64,000 nt of DNA. It comes from Leucoraja ocellata (Eukaryota). This document shows, one piece after another, positions 50,601-61,818 of this stretch. Made by a program: the position numbers and the translations under genes. Position 1 is the stretch's first letter. Each line of letters begins with the position of its first letter. The stretch covers positions 4,464,001-4,528,000 of the forward strand of contig JAWMAR010000097.1 of NCBI GenBank assembly GCA_036785375.1, given 5' to 3'. Below the pieces are notes generated by a model that saw nothing but the letters and a program-made list of their open reading frames with translations, did not search any database and was not told where the DNA came from.

Positions 50601-53153
50601 TTTTTTTTTCCTTTTTTACTTTAGTCTTTATTGTTTTTATGCATACACAAATAAAACACAAATATTACAACGAAACATACAACAATGCAGTGAAACATAC
50701 AACAGTGCAGCTGTTTACAATTAATGATGCAGTATACAGAACTATTTTCTTAAAACATTTTCCAATAACTTACATTATTGTCAATAAAATTATACAGTGT
50801 TGATGTCTTTATTTCTATACCTAATCCATTTTTCCCATTTTCTGTTAAACTCGTCTTCTTTCACTCTTAGAGAATATGTCATTTTCTCCGTGACACATAT
50901 TTCCTGTACTATGTCTAACCATTGTCTAAGTCTGGGTGTGTCCACTGCAAGCCAGTTTCTGTAATGGCCTTTTTGCCAGCTGTGAGTAGGATTTTAACCA
51001 AGTAATGATCTTCCTTCAGCACCACTGTAGTTATATTACCCAGGTGTAAAATGGAACACTTCTTGGAAACTATATATCCTAATACCTCCTTTAATTCTGA
51101 ATTCACTCTGTCCCAACATGGTTCTATTTTTGGGCAACTCCAGAAGATATGTGCATGATTTGCGTCTGTTTGGCCACATTGCCCCAGCATGTTTGCTGCC
51201 TTAGAATTTGCTTGCTTTTTATGTTAGGCGTAATAAAGAAACAAATCAAAAATTTCCAAGTAAATTCTCTTCATTTTTGTGAATTAGTGGATGTCTGTAG
51301 CGTTACACACATATGATGCCATTCTTCGTCTGATATTGTGATGTTCAATTCCTTTTCCCACTTAAATTTTACACAAAATGTAGTTTTAACTTGACATTCC
51401 ATTAAACTATGATAAAGTTTAGAAATAATCCTTGATGTTTTTTGATGATACGCATTAACTGTCACTTCTACCACTGGATTCTTTTCTTCTAGTGCCTCCC
51501 TTTTTACTTTTTTATTGTAATAATCTCTCAGTTGGAGATATCTAAACAAGTCTTGTTTCCGAAGTGCAAATCTATCCATCAAATCTTGAAAACTTCTTCG
51601 GTCTCCATTTTTAGTAACAGCACAAAATGCAGTCATTCCTTTTTTCATCCACTCTCTAAATGTTGAGTCATACATCCCTGGTTTAAATTCACTATCCAAA
51701 GCTATACATCTTCAAACCTTTTGTCCTTTATTCAGTTTAAGTTGTCTGGTAAGAGTGAACCAGGTTTCTAAAGTAAATATCGTTATTGGATCGATTATAC
51801 TCCTGATATGTCCAGGAAGCGCGTTTTCTCCCAAGAGTGTTTGGATGTGGAAGTCGGGGATATATGTCTCAATCTCTTTCCACCTAGCTATGTAGCTGTC
51901 CTCATGCCAATTAATTAGTGGTCGAAGTTGGGCTGCATAGAAATATCCTAAAATTTGGAAGTGCCATTCCACCTTTGTCCTTTGGCAACTAGAGTGTAGT
52001 GTATCGAACTCTGGCCTTCTTTCCTCCCCAAATAAATCTAGATATTAATTTATCCCATTCCGTGCATTGTTTTAATGCTACCTCTATTGGCAGAGATTGA
52101 AATGAGTACAATAGCCGTGGCAAAATATTCATGTTCGCCACATTTATCTTAGTACTAAAATCCATTGGGTAGGTGGACCATCTTTCTATATCCTTTCTTA
52201 TGTTTTGGTTGATGTGATTATAATTGGCCCCATACAACATTGATATATTTTGTTATGTGTATTTGATTGATTTTGAATCCCATTTAATATTATACTTTTG
52301 CTTGATTTCTTCTGTAGGAGCACATTTAAATAGGAGGGTTTGAGTTTTTGAAATATTCACTTTATATTCTGCATAAAAGTTAAATTTCTCTATGATCCCC
52401 ATCATCCTTGGAAAGGAGGTGTTTACTTCTGTGATACATCATTACGTCATCTGCAAAAAGGCCAATTTAATGTTCTCTGTCTCTTATAGTTACTCCCCTC
52501 AGTTCCCTACCTTGACGAATCACTTGAGCCAATGGTTCAATATATGTATATATATATATAGCAAACAGGGTAGGGCTAAGACAACATCCTGTCTCGTTCC
52601 TCTTCCTAACACAAATCTCTCAGTTAAGGACCGATTCACCTTTACTCTTGCAGTAGGTGGCTGGTAAATTGCTTTAATAACTTGAATTGAACCTTCGGTA
52701 AAGCCAAATCTTTCTAGTGTTTGATATAAGAATTCCCAATTAACCCTATCAAAAGCCTTTTCCGCATCTAGGCTTATCAGAACAGCGCGCATACGTTCCT
52801 TTTGAATCTTGTGTATTATATGTAGGGTTCTTCTAATACTGTCCTGTGTTTGTCTGCCTATTATAAAACCAGTCTGGTCTTCATCAATTAAATCTGGCAT
52901 GAACTTTTCAAATCGTTTGGAGATAATTGAAGAATATAATTTATAGTTGACATTTAGAATTGATATTGGCCTGTAGTTGGTACAATTTTCCTCGTCTTTG
53001 TTCTCTTTGGGAATTAATATTATAATAGCCTCTTTTCATGACGAGGGTGTCTTTGCCTTCTTCGATAATCCAGTTAAAGGTTCTCAGAATAAGTGGGTTC
53101 AGCTCATTCTGAAATATTTTATACCATTCTATAGGGAAACCGTCGCTGCCTGA
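50601..53153 (-). mobile_element. L1-clade LINE, 5'-truncated and degraded ORF2
   Basis: [26 protein letters not shown] and zinc-knuckle-like CG...HIFWSCP motifs; poly-T at 50601; candidate TSD accttg(g)ttt at ~50594 and ~53154. Confidence 0.92.
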
Positions 53154-53324
53154 ACCTTGTTTCATGTTTTCTGGCTGCTCCATTCGGGAATGGTGTGAAG
53201 TGATAGATCTGTGGGCTGAATTGCTAACAGTCTGCAGTGGAACAGCAAAAGGCTTTTTAAACCCTCTTGCTTGTTGCACTGAGATCATGGCTGAGCTGTG
53301 ATGTAATTTAGTAGCTATTAGTAT

Positions 53325-53770
53325 TTGTTTGTTATTGTCACGTGTACCGATACGAAGTGAAAAGCTTTTGTTTGCATGCCATTTCAGTCAAATAATACCG
53401 TCCACGAATACAATCAAGCCATACACAAGTACAACAGGTAGTGCAAAGAGAAAAATACCAGAGTGCACAATATAGTGTTACAGAGTTACAGCGTTAGAGC
53501 CAGAAAAAATGTCCAAGGTCCACAATGAGCTGGGTTGTGAGATCAGGACCACACCCTTGCTTATGGGAGTTCAGTAGTCTAATGTTCCGTAGTCTAATAA
53601 CGGCGGAGAAGAAACTTTTCTTGAGTCTGGTGGCACGTGTTTTTTTAATGTTTGTGACTTCTGCCCGACGGGAGAGGGGAGAAGAGGAAATAACCAGGGT
53701 GAAAGTGGTCCTTGATTATGTTGGCTGCTTTCCTGTGACAGTTTAAAGTCAGAATGGGGTCAGTGGTGGG
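53325..53770 (-). mobile_element. Rex/Babar-like 3' remnant
   Basis: RKAANIIKDHFHPGYFLFSPLPSGR peptide. Confidence 0.75.
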
Positions 53771-54736
53771 GAGGAACCTACCTTTCCCCATTTCCCTCAA
53801 AGCCTTGCAGGTATTACATTTTTCCCCATCCAATGTTAACAATTAACAGTTACCATTTCTGATTAAGAATTCTGAATTTCTACCATCACCTGTGCACAAA
53901 CTTATTCCAATCTTCCTTGAAAGCCCCCAGTTCCAAGGTTGAAACTTTGCCCTTACTTGCAGAAAATCTTACTAGCGATAGCATCACAGGCACATGGGCT
54001 CAGACACACAGAAACTCGTTATACATAATTATGCATAAATCATAGAAGGCTGTGAAAAACAAAGTACAAAAGAAGACATTTGTGCAAAAAACAATTTTAA
54101 TGTAAGTTGCGGTAGTGCAAGAGGTGGTCCGTGGTGTTCCATTGCTGAGGTAAGATTAGAATTATGCAGGTTGGATTCGGAATCTAATAAGGCTGTCCCT
54201 CTTATGGTTGCGACCCTCTTATCCCAGTTAATTGAGAAAGAGCCAAGTCCTCTCAGGGAAAGTGGTAGGTGTTTTATGAGCTCTTGCCTTCCATGTGGTA
54301 TTGAAGACCAGCCTCACCCATGGGGAAAGAAGATTCTGTCGCCTCATTTCTTAGCTGGGCTTGGATGTACTCGCAGGGTTTGAGCATTGCACCCTCTGAC
54401 TTGCAAATGCAAGTGGTTCCCACTGAGTCAAAGGTTCACTGTTGCTGGACAAGAAGCATGTTTATTTTTGAATTCACTAAATTGCTACTCACAAATTATA
54501 CAGTAAGGGAAGTCATACATGTATTAACTCTTTCAAAGGGCTGCACATTCAGCCGTCACAGCCTGGGTTTCCCCTGGTGCTCTGGTTTCCTCCCACTTCC
54601 CCAAAATGTGCTGGTAGTTGGGTTTTTTGCAATCAATTTAACCCCAGTGTGCAGGAGAAAGGTAGAATCGGGAAGTTGATGGGAATGTGGGAGGAATAGG
54701 TTACAGAGAAAATTAGTGGTGAGATGGCTGTGCTCT

Positions 54737-55390
54737 GCTTTTGCATTTCCGTACAACGTGGAAACCCATTTAATCTGTCAACTAACATAGAAACATAGAA
54801 AATAGGTGCAGGAGTAGGCCATTTGGCCCTTCGAGCCTGCACTGCATTCAATATGATCATGGCTGATCATCCAACTCGGTATCCTGTACCTGCTTTCCCT
54901 CCATACCCCCTGATCCCTTTAGCCACAAGGGCCACATCTAACTTCCTCTTAAATATAGCCAATGAACTGGCCTCAACTACATTCTGTGGCAGAGAATTCC
55001 AGAGATTCACCACTCTCTCTGTAAAAAATGTTTTTCTCATCTCAGTCCTAAAAGATTTCCCCAGTTTAAGGATAAAGTGGAAATCTTTTAGGACTGAGAT
55101 GAGAAAAAACCTTTTTTTACACAGAGAGTGGTGAATCTCTGGAATTCTCTGCCACAGAATGTAGTTGAGGCCAGTTCATTGGCTATATTTAAGAGTGAGG
55201 TAGATGTGGTACTTGTGGCTAAAGGGATCAGGGGGTATGGAGAGAAAGCATACTGAGTTGGATGATCAGCCATGATCACATTGAATGGCGGTGCAGGCTC
55301 GAAGGGCCGAATGGCCTACTCCTGCACCTATTTTCTTTGTTAGTTGACATAGACTAAATGGGCTTCCACGTTGTACGGAAATGCAAAAGC
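54737..55390. repeat. Long inverted repeat (~320-bp arms, ~18-nt spacer) of a CR1 tail plus ~50 bp of flank
   Basis: gcttttgcatttccgtacaacgtggaa... is mirrored by ...ttccacgttgtacggaaatgcaaaagc; centre at 55061-55078. Confidence 0.93.
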
Positions 55391-55589
55391 TTGTTCATCT
55401 GCAAAATTTCAAGTATTTTTCCAATTTTTCTTATGAAAGTAATTTCAAGATTTATTGTTTGGAACTGAATTCAGTTTCTTGGACAACTAGGATAGGTTTG
55501 AACACGTTCGCTCAACAAGTTGAAAAAGTTCAGTCGTGTTACATTTGTCCGACTGATATCTTCTGGGTGGAAGCGAGCACCACTGAGTC

Positions 55590-56240
55590 ATAGTCAAGAG
55601 TGTTTTATTGTCATATTATCATATGTCCCAGATAGAACAATGATACATATATACATATGTATGTGTGTGGGTGTATAAATACATACACATAAAAAACAAA
55701 CAGTAATAGTGCAATAATAAGAGTTTATTTGGAGGTCGTTGTGTTTAATAGCTTAATGGCTGGAGGGAAGAAGCTGTTCCTGAACCTGGATGTTACAGTT
55801 TTCAGGCTCCTGTAGTTCCCGATGGCAGAGGTAAAATGAGTATATGGCCAGGTTGGTGTGGGTCACTGATGATGCTGGCTGCCCTTTTGAGGCAGCGACT
55901 CCGGTTTTAATGTTGGGGAGGTCAGAACGCGTGATGGACTAGACAGTGTTCACAACTTTTTGCAGTCTTCTTTGCTCCTGGGCATTCAAGTTGCCGAACC
56001 AAGCCATGATGCAACCAGTCAATATGCTCTCTACTGTACACCTGTAGAAGATTCAAGAGAATCCTCTGTGTCATACCGAAGCTCTGTAATCTTCTCAAGA
56101 AGTAGAGGCATTGACAGGGTTTCTTTATAATTGCATCAGTGTGCTGGGTCCAGGAAAGATCTTCAGAAATATGCACGCCCAGGAATTTGAAGCTTTTGTC
56201 TCTCTCCACCATCGTCCCGTCTATATAGACAGGTTTGTGA
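55590..56240 (-). mobile_element. Rex/Babar-like 3' fragment
   Basis: SFKFLGVHISEDLSW..LYFLRRL peptide. Confidence 0.85.
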
Positions 56241-56366
56241 ATAAAGCAAGGGCCATGTAAACTGGAACAGTGATGAGGCTCTCCAAGTGAAAATTGCTGT
56301 TTCATGATGTTGAAAATACACTAACCTTATTGGAATAATTCTCTCTCTGTCTTTCCCCTCCCACAG

Positions 56367-56504
56367 GACCTGTCAATTGAATCATTGGTCAGATCACAAA
56401 AACCAATGTAGAGCAGAAAACATTGGCTTCCCCTTCATTATCAGTGTCCCAGAATCACGGCTCACGTATTCCAGACTCACCCAGCTGCTGGAGGGATATT
56501 CAAG
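56367..56504 (+). CDS. USP19: USP19 exon, MYND end (TCQLNHWSDHKNQCRAENIGFPFIISVPESRLTYSRLTQLLEGYS)
   Basis: ccacag acceptor, AAG|gtacaa donor; 138 nt, phase 2-2. Confidence 0.96.
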
Positions 56505-57409
56505 GTACAATGGAAATAAATTCATATAGAAATGCATAGCTGGCTGTGCGGGTTAGTACAGCAGTGGTTTAGAGTAACAGCTGTCCCTTTCTCCCACTGG
56601 GCAGAGAAACAATGGCTGTAACACATGCATGCATGCCTTTCACTTTATTTCAACATTGTAGAAGGGTTTTATGAATCATTCAAATATGTGATATACAAGA
56701 AGGCTTTAGTCACAGGGATATGACTTCTCTGACGTTTGAGTTATGTGGCAGGCCTCCTGACTCCATTGTTCCACAATGCGTGGACTTTATGCGGTGTGAA
56801 TATTAATTCCCCCTTGGGTTGTGTGGTCTGCTGAGCTAGCTGCCTATTACTAATGATTCAGTGGGTTGGAGTGTGATGCTGGTTTCTGCTGCCATCGGCC
56901 AGAGGGAGTTATCGGCAGAGGGAGTTGGTATTCTGCTGCACTTTACCACCTTGTCACTCATACCATTGTACACAATAAAGCACCCTTGAGCCAGTGGTTC
57001 TTTCCCTAATTATCTGAACCAATATGGTCTTCTAGTTACTGAGTCTGTCAGCGGAAACAGTTTTGCCTTAATTGCTGTATTAAAATCTCTCTTGGAAACT
57101 GTCCAGGTAGCCAGCTGCGGGGGAGGTTATCTTCAGTTTCACGCAAGGCGTACATCTTCACGTTATGGTGACTCCCCATGCGTGTCAAGAGATGTACCAT
57201 GAGAGTCGCGCTTACCTACGATCCACGCTCGCTTCAACCTCCAACTAACAATGATCAATCTGCTGGTATTTTATTGGGCACCACCTCACAGATAGGCTCA
57301 GACTGCTTGATCATTGTCTACTCCCCAACATCTAATTGGTTGTGCTGTCCCAATTTATGAGAAATTTTACCAGATAAAATCAGAAGAGATTGTTATATTA
57401 AGATGTTTT

Positions 57410-57915
57410 TGGTTTATTATTGTCACAAAACTTTGTTTTGCACGCTGTCCAAACAGATCATGTCCCCTACACACATAGATGCAATCAATTCAAGCTCAAC
57501 TCGATAGATAGAGCAAAGGGGAAGATACAGATTGCAAAAAGTAGCTCTTGGCATTGTAGCGACAATGTCCACAATAGGGTAGAGGTGAATCTGACAGTAC
57601 CCTAGCTAATGGAAGGACCATTCAGAAGCCTGATATCAGAGGGGATGAGTCTGTTCCCAAGTCTGGTGGAGCCTATTTTCAAGCTTCTGTACCTTTTGCC
57701 AGACATAAGCAGGGAAAAGAAGGAAATGCCAGGGTGGGACTAGTTTTTCTGAGACTGAGTGAGGGGTTGATGGATTGAATGGTGGGGAGTCTGGTCTGAG
57801 TGATGGACTGGGGTACATCTGCAACTCTCTGCAATTTCTTGCAATTTTGGGCAGAGCTGTTATCAAACCGAGCTGTGATGCATGCTGACAGTTTGCTTTC
57901 TACGGTACATCTGTA
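57410..57915 (-). mobile_element. Rex/Babar-like 3' remnant
   Basis: VES.LSACITA.F.NSSAQNCKKLQRV peptide. Confidence 0.72.
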
Positions 57916-58210
57916 TTGTAGATCATTAGACAATCCAGGAGCTGGCAAAAACACTGCAGGGGAGATGGAAATTGCATTTTACTTCTCGGGTTATGATAGG
58001 GCAAGCGCAGCGGCAGTGGAAAGGGATTCAGTTGGGTATTTCAAAACCACATTGGGTTGAATGTTGTAAAATGTTGTGGTGGTGTGAGGCTAACTGCAGA
58101 GATGGAGCTGCCATAATGTAATAGTGGTCTCTTCCAGTGCCATATGATGTGATGTCTGTATTGTCTGGAAAAGGACATGCTTAACATTCTTGCATTATAT
58201 TTTGCCGTAG

Positions 58211-58575
58211 GTATTCAGTGAACGTCTTCCAGCCACCCTTCCAGCCAGGTCGAATCTCGCCAGAGCCACCACCCTCCAAAATGGACAGCACGCAGCCCTC
58301 TGCTGGAAGCAATCCTAGCTCTGAGACTGGAGACGGAAAGCTGCCCTCAGAAGTTCAGGAGAGAGACTTCAGGCCTGTCCCCCGTCCTCACATAACCAGC
58401 TCTGTTTCCGAGCCCCTCCTGACATCCGCTTTCTCAAAGGGAACGAACTTGCCAGGCAGAGAGAGGGAGTCCATTCACAGCTACGACTCTGGATTCTCGG
58501 AATTGCGGCCAGAATCGCAGGAGCACTTGGGATGCGAGAAAGAAACCTCTTATGAGAAGGCGCCAAAGCCTGAAG
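58211..58575 (+). CDS. USP19: USP19 exon (YSVNVFQPPFQPGRISPE...SYEKAPKPE)
   Basis: ccgtag acceptor, AAG|gtaggc donor; 365 nt, phase 2-1; VFQPPFQPGR motif. Confidence 0.95.
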
Positions 58576-59689
58576 GTAGGCTTTGTGCCCTCTATGAATT
58601 ATTTTGATAAGGAGGGTGGTAAATATATCACAGTCATTCCTAGCCCTTTAGACTCCACCTGAGATGGAAGGCCAGCCTGAGAAACCAGAGAGGGCAGTGT
58701 AATTGTCATGGCCTCCTTCAAGGAGCAGAGAAGACCCACAACATTGTTCAAGCTTCAATGTTGTTGCTTGATTTTGAACACAAGCAGTGTCTTCGTCATT
58801 GTAATAAAAACTAAAAATACTTGACAGCTCAGGCTGCCTCTGAGACAGTGAATGTTTACCGCACCACATTTTCCCACCAGAGATACCCGGTATTATTGTA
58901 CGTACAGGGAATTATCTGTTCATTTTATTCCATCACTAATGCACCGACGGCCACATTTTATGTTCCAGTTTAACTTTGTGTTCTTTGCTGAGTAATTTGC
59001 TCCTAGCTTTGGGGCTCTGTGTTGGGATGGTGACTTTGGGAGGATGAAGATCATCAACTAATTGCTGGACAGAATAGAAGGGTGTAAACATCATTCCTTC
59101 AACGCTCGCCTCATTCATACTTGCTGTTGCGTGCACCCATATCAGTACATATTTAGGTGGCTTGTCAATGTCTTGGTGTGGATTTGTATCAACTAGTGTC
59201 TAGATTCCAGTGTTCTATTGTCACTATAAATCTGGAATGTTGCAGGTGACAGATTTGCCTTCATTTTTATCACCACACCAATATAAATAGATTGCAGTGT
59301 TTTTTTTAACCTACTGTACTATCGTAAATGAAAACTTCACTCCTACCTTTCCTTGCAAATCATGTGCTATTTTTCAATTTTATATTATCTCATTCTCAAG
59401 ATTTGAGCATTTTGCTACATTATAATTAAAATTCTATATGTGCTTAAATGATACTAGATTGGAGAACAGAGGGCAAGTTTTCTTACTCTTGTAGGACCTT
59501 GCATCCTTACTCTCCCTTGCCCAGACATGCCCCAGAATACACTGTAATAATCCTAAAATCCTTTGACCAAAGTATAGGTTGAGCTGCTGGTAGACCCAGC
59601 TGCCTCACCAATCCTCTGTGCCACAAAAATAAATCCAAATGCTTTACCCACTATACCCAGAAAATTCCCAGGAACCTCCAAGAGTTCAG

Positions 59690-59932
59690 TGGGACCTGGT
59701 TCAATGTTGACCTCTGGTGCTATCTGTGTGGAGCTTGCACGTTCTCCCTGTGATCAAGTGGATTTTCTGTGGGTGCTCCGGTTTCCCTCCACATCCCAAA
59801 GCTCTGCGGATTTGTGGGTTAATTGGCTGCTGTAAAGTAGCCCCTAGTGTGTAGGGAGTGGATGAGAAAGTGGGATTGTGTCGAACTAGTGTAAATGGTC
59901 ACGTGGGCTCGGTGGGTTGTGCTGTATCTCTA
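59690..59932 (+). mobile_element. V-SINE, sense orientation
   Basis: B-box-like ggttcaatg and core ggtgctccggtttccctccacatcccaaag. Confidence 0.75.
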
Positions 59933-60177
59933 AACTCCTGTGTCTTCCCTAGAGAATTTACTAAATGTTCTATGTAAACTTAAAGGCCATTTTCTAGTTA
60001 TTTTCTTGTCAATCTTATTTGATGCTTGAGACTGAGCAGCTTTTCTTATAGGTGAGGGATTCCCCCCCCCCCCCCCCCCCCCCCCAAGGCTGTTATTAAA
60101 CAGCAGTAAAATTAACATGTGTCATATGAGCCGAAACAATGACATTCTTATTTGTTGCAGCTTTACAGGTACATAGA

Positions 60178-60770
60178 CCATTGAACAGTACAGCACAGTA
60201 GCTGATCCTTTGGCCCACAATGACTGCACCAGACATGATGAAGAGTAACACTAATCTCCTCTGCCCGCATGTGATCCATATTCCTCCATTCACTGCATAT
60301 CCATGTGACTACCTAAAAGTCTCTTCAATGTCATTTTCATAGCTACATCCACCACATCAAACATCGACCAATCTGTATGGGGGTAAAAACAGTCTGCGCA
60401 TCACCTTTAAACTTTGCCCCTCTCATCTAAAGGTTGTGTCCTCTAATCCTTGACCTGTCCATTCTAGGAAAAGGATTTACCCCATCTGTCTCTCATAATT
60501 CTTTATAGCTAATAACCTCTCCTTTTTGCTAATAGCCTCCAATCCAGGCAGCACTCTGGTAAACCTCTTCTGTACTCTACAGAGTCTCAACATTCTTCCG
60601 TAATAGGATAAGCAAAACTGCACTCAATACTCCAAATGCAGCTAAACCAAAGTCTTATAAAGCTGCAACATGACTTCCTGACTCTTATACTGAGTGCCCC
60701 AACCAATGAAGGCAAGTGTACCATATGCCTTCTTTACCACTCTTATCTACTTGCGTTGTCACTTCCATGA
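60178..60770 (-). mobile_element. Old CR1 fragment
   Basis: aaactgcactcaatactcca is the reverse complement of an LEYCVQF-type segment; CR1-type tail at the left end. Confidence 0.7.
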
Positions 60771-61244
60771 AGCGCAGCAACAATACATATACGATATATT
60801 ATTGGTTATTCTAAGTAAGCTAGACCATGGTAGTGTCAAAGCCAAAGTACCTAGAGCAAACAGAGTGGTGCTGAAGCCGAAATGCCTCTGTGCTTAGCAG
60901 CAACGTTCAAGTACAATAGGCCATTCAAGAGCCCGATAGTTGCAGGCAAATAGAACTTGCCTTGTATGCCAACTTGGTCAAGGTGCACCAAAGAACCTGT
61001 TCCATGCTCTGACTATCCCTTGTCACACTCTCAGAACAGAGGTCAGGCACAGAGTGACACTCCCTCTACACTTCCGGGAGTTACTGGGAATGTACAGGTG
61101 GAGTGGAGAAGATATTTGGATTTATTTTTGTGGCACAGTGAATTTCAATTGGTGTTGGCAGGGGGCTTGGAAGCTCTCCTTCCTGTGCTGTGGGTTGGAG
61201 CTGGGATACGTGATCACGGGGTGAGTGAGGAGGAGAGGCAAGAG

Positions 61245-61665
61245 TCGAGAGTGTTTAATTGTCATCTGTATCGGCAATGGGACAATGAAATTCTTACTTG
61301 CAGTAGTATAACAGGCCTGTTAGCACAATAACACACAGATAAATATACAGTAATCAATAATACAATAAATTAATAATGGTATTACTAGTTAACCATAACT
61401 AAAGTCTATAGTGCAACCAAAGACATTGTCCACAGAAGATCACAGTGTTGTGTCGTGTGTAGAACCTGTTCTAGAACCTGGAGGTCCCGGTTTTCAGGCC
61501 TTGTTCCCGATGTTGCAGCGAGGTGAGAGTGTGGCCAGGGTGTTGTGGGTCTTTGATGCTAGCTGCCATTCTGGGACAGTGCCTCCTGTGGATCCCTTTG
61601 ATCGTGGGGAGGTAGTATCTGTGATGGACCGGGCTCAGCCGACTACTTTTTGTAACCTTTGTCCT
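61245..61665 (-). mobile_element. Rex/Babar-like 3' remnant
   Basis: LPTIKGIHRRHC..AASIKDPQHPGH peptide. Confidence 0.72.
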
Positions 61666-61707
61666 TGTTTTTGCACCTTGTGATTCCCCCGTGTCCTCTC
61701 TCCACAG

Positions 61708-61818
61708 CCGCAGTCCCTGGTTACCAGCAGCCATCTGCATCTGTGCGTTTCCACACTCCCCAATTTTACATCAAACTCATTGACCCATCAAACAAAGAGC
61801 AGAAAATGGAAGATAAAG
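61708..61818 (+). CDS. USP19: USP19 exon (AAVPGYQQPSASVRFHTPQFYIKLIDPSNKEQKMEDK)
   Basis: ccacag acceptor, AAG|gtgagg donor; 111 nt, phase 1-1; resembles AAVPGYQHP..HTPQF..ID.SNREQRLEDKG. Confidence 0.94.

Noticed and set aside
60063-60085. Long C/G homopolymers (also ~4332, ~9533, ~15822, ~37092)
   Set aside because: Simple slippage runs of unreliable length; no associated structure
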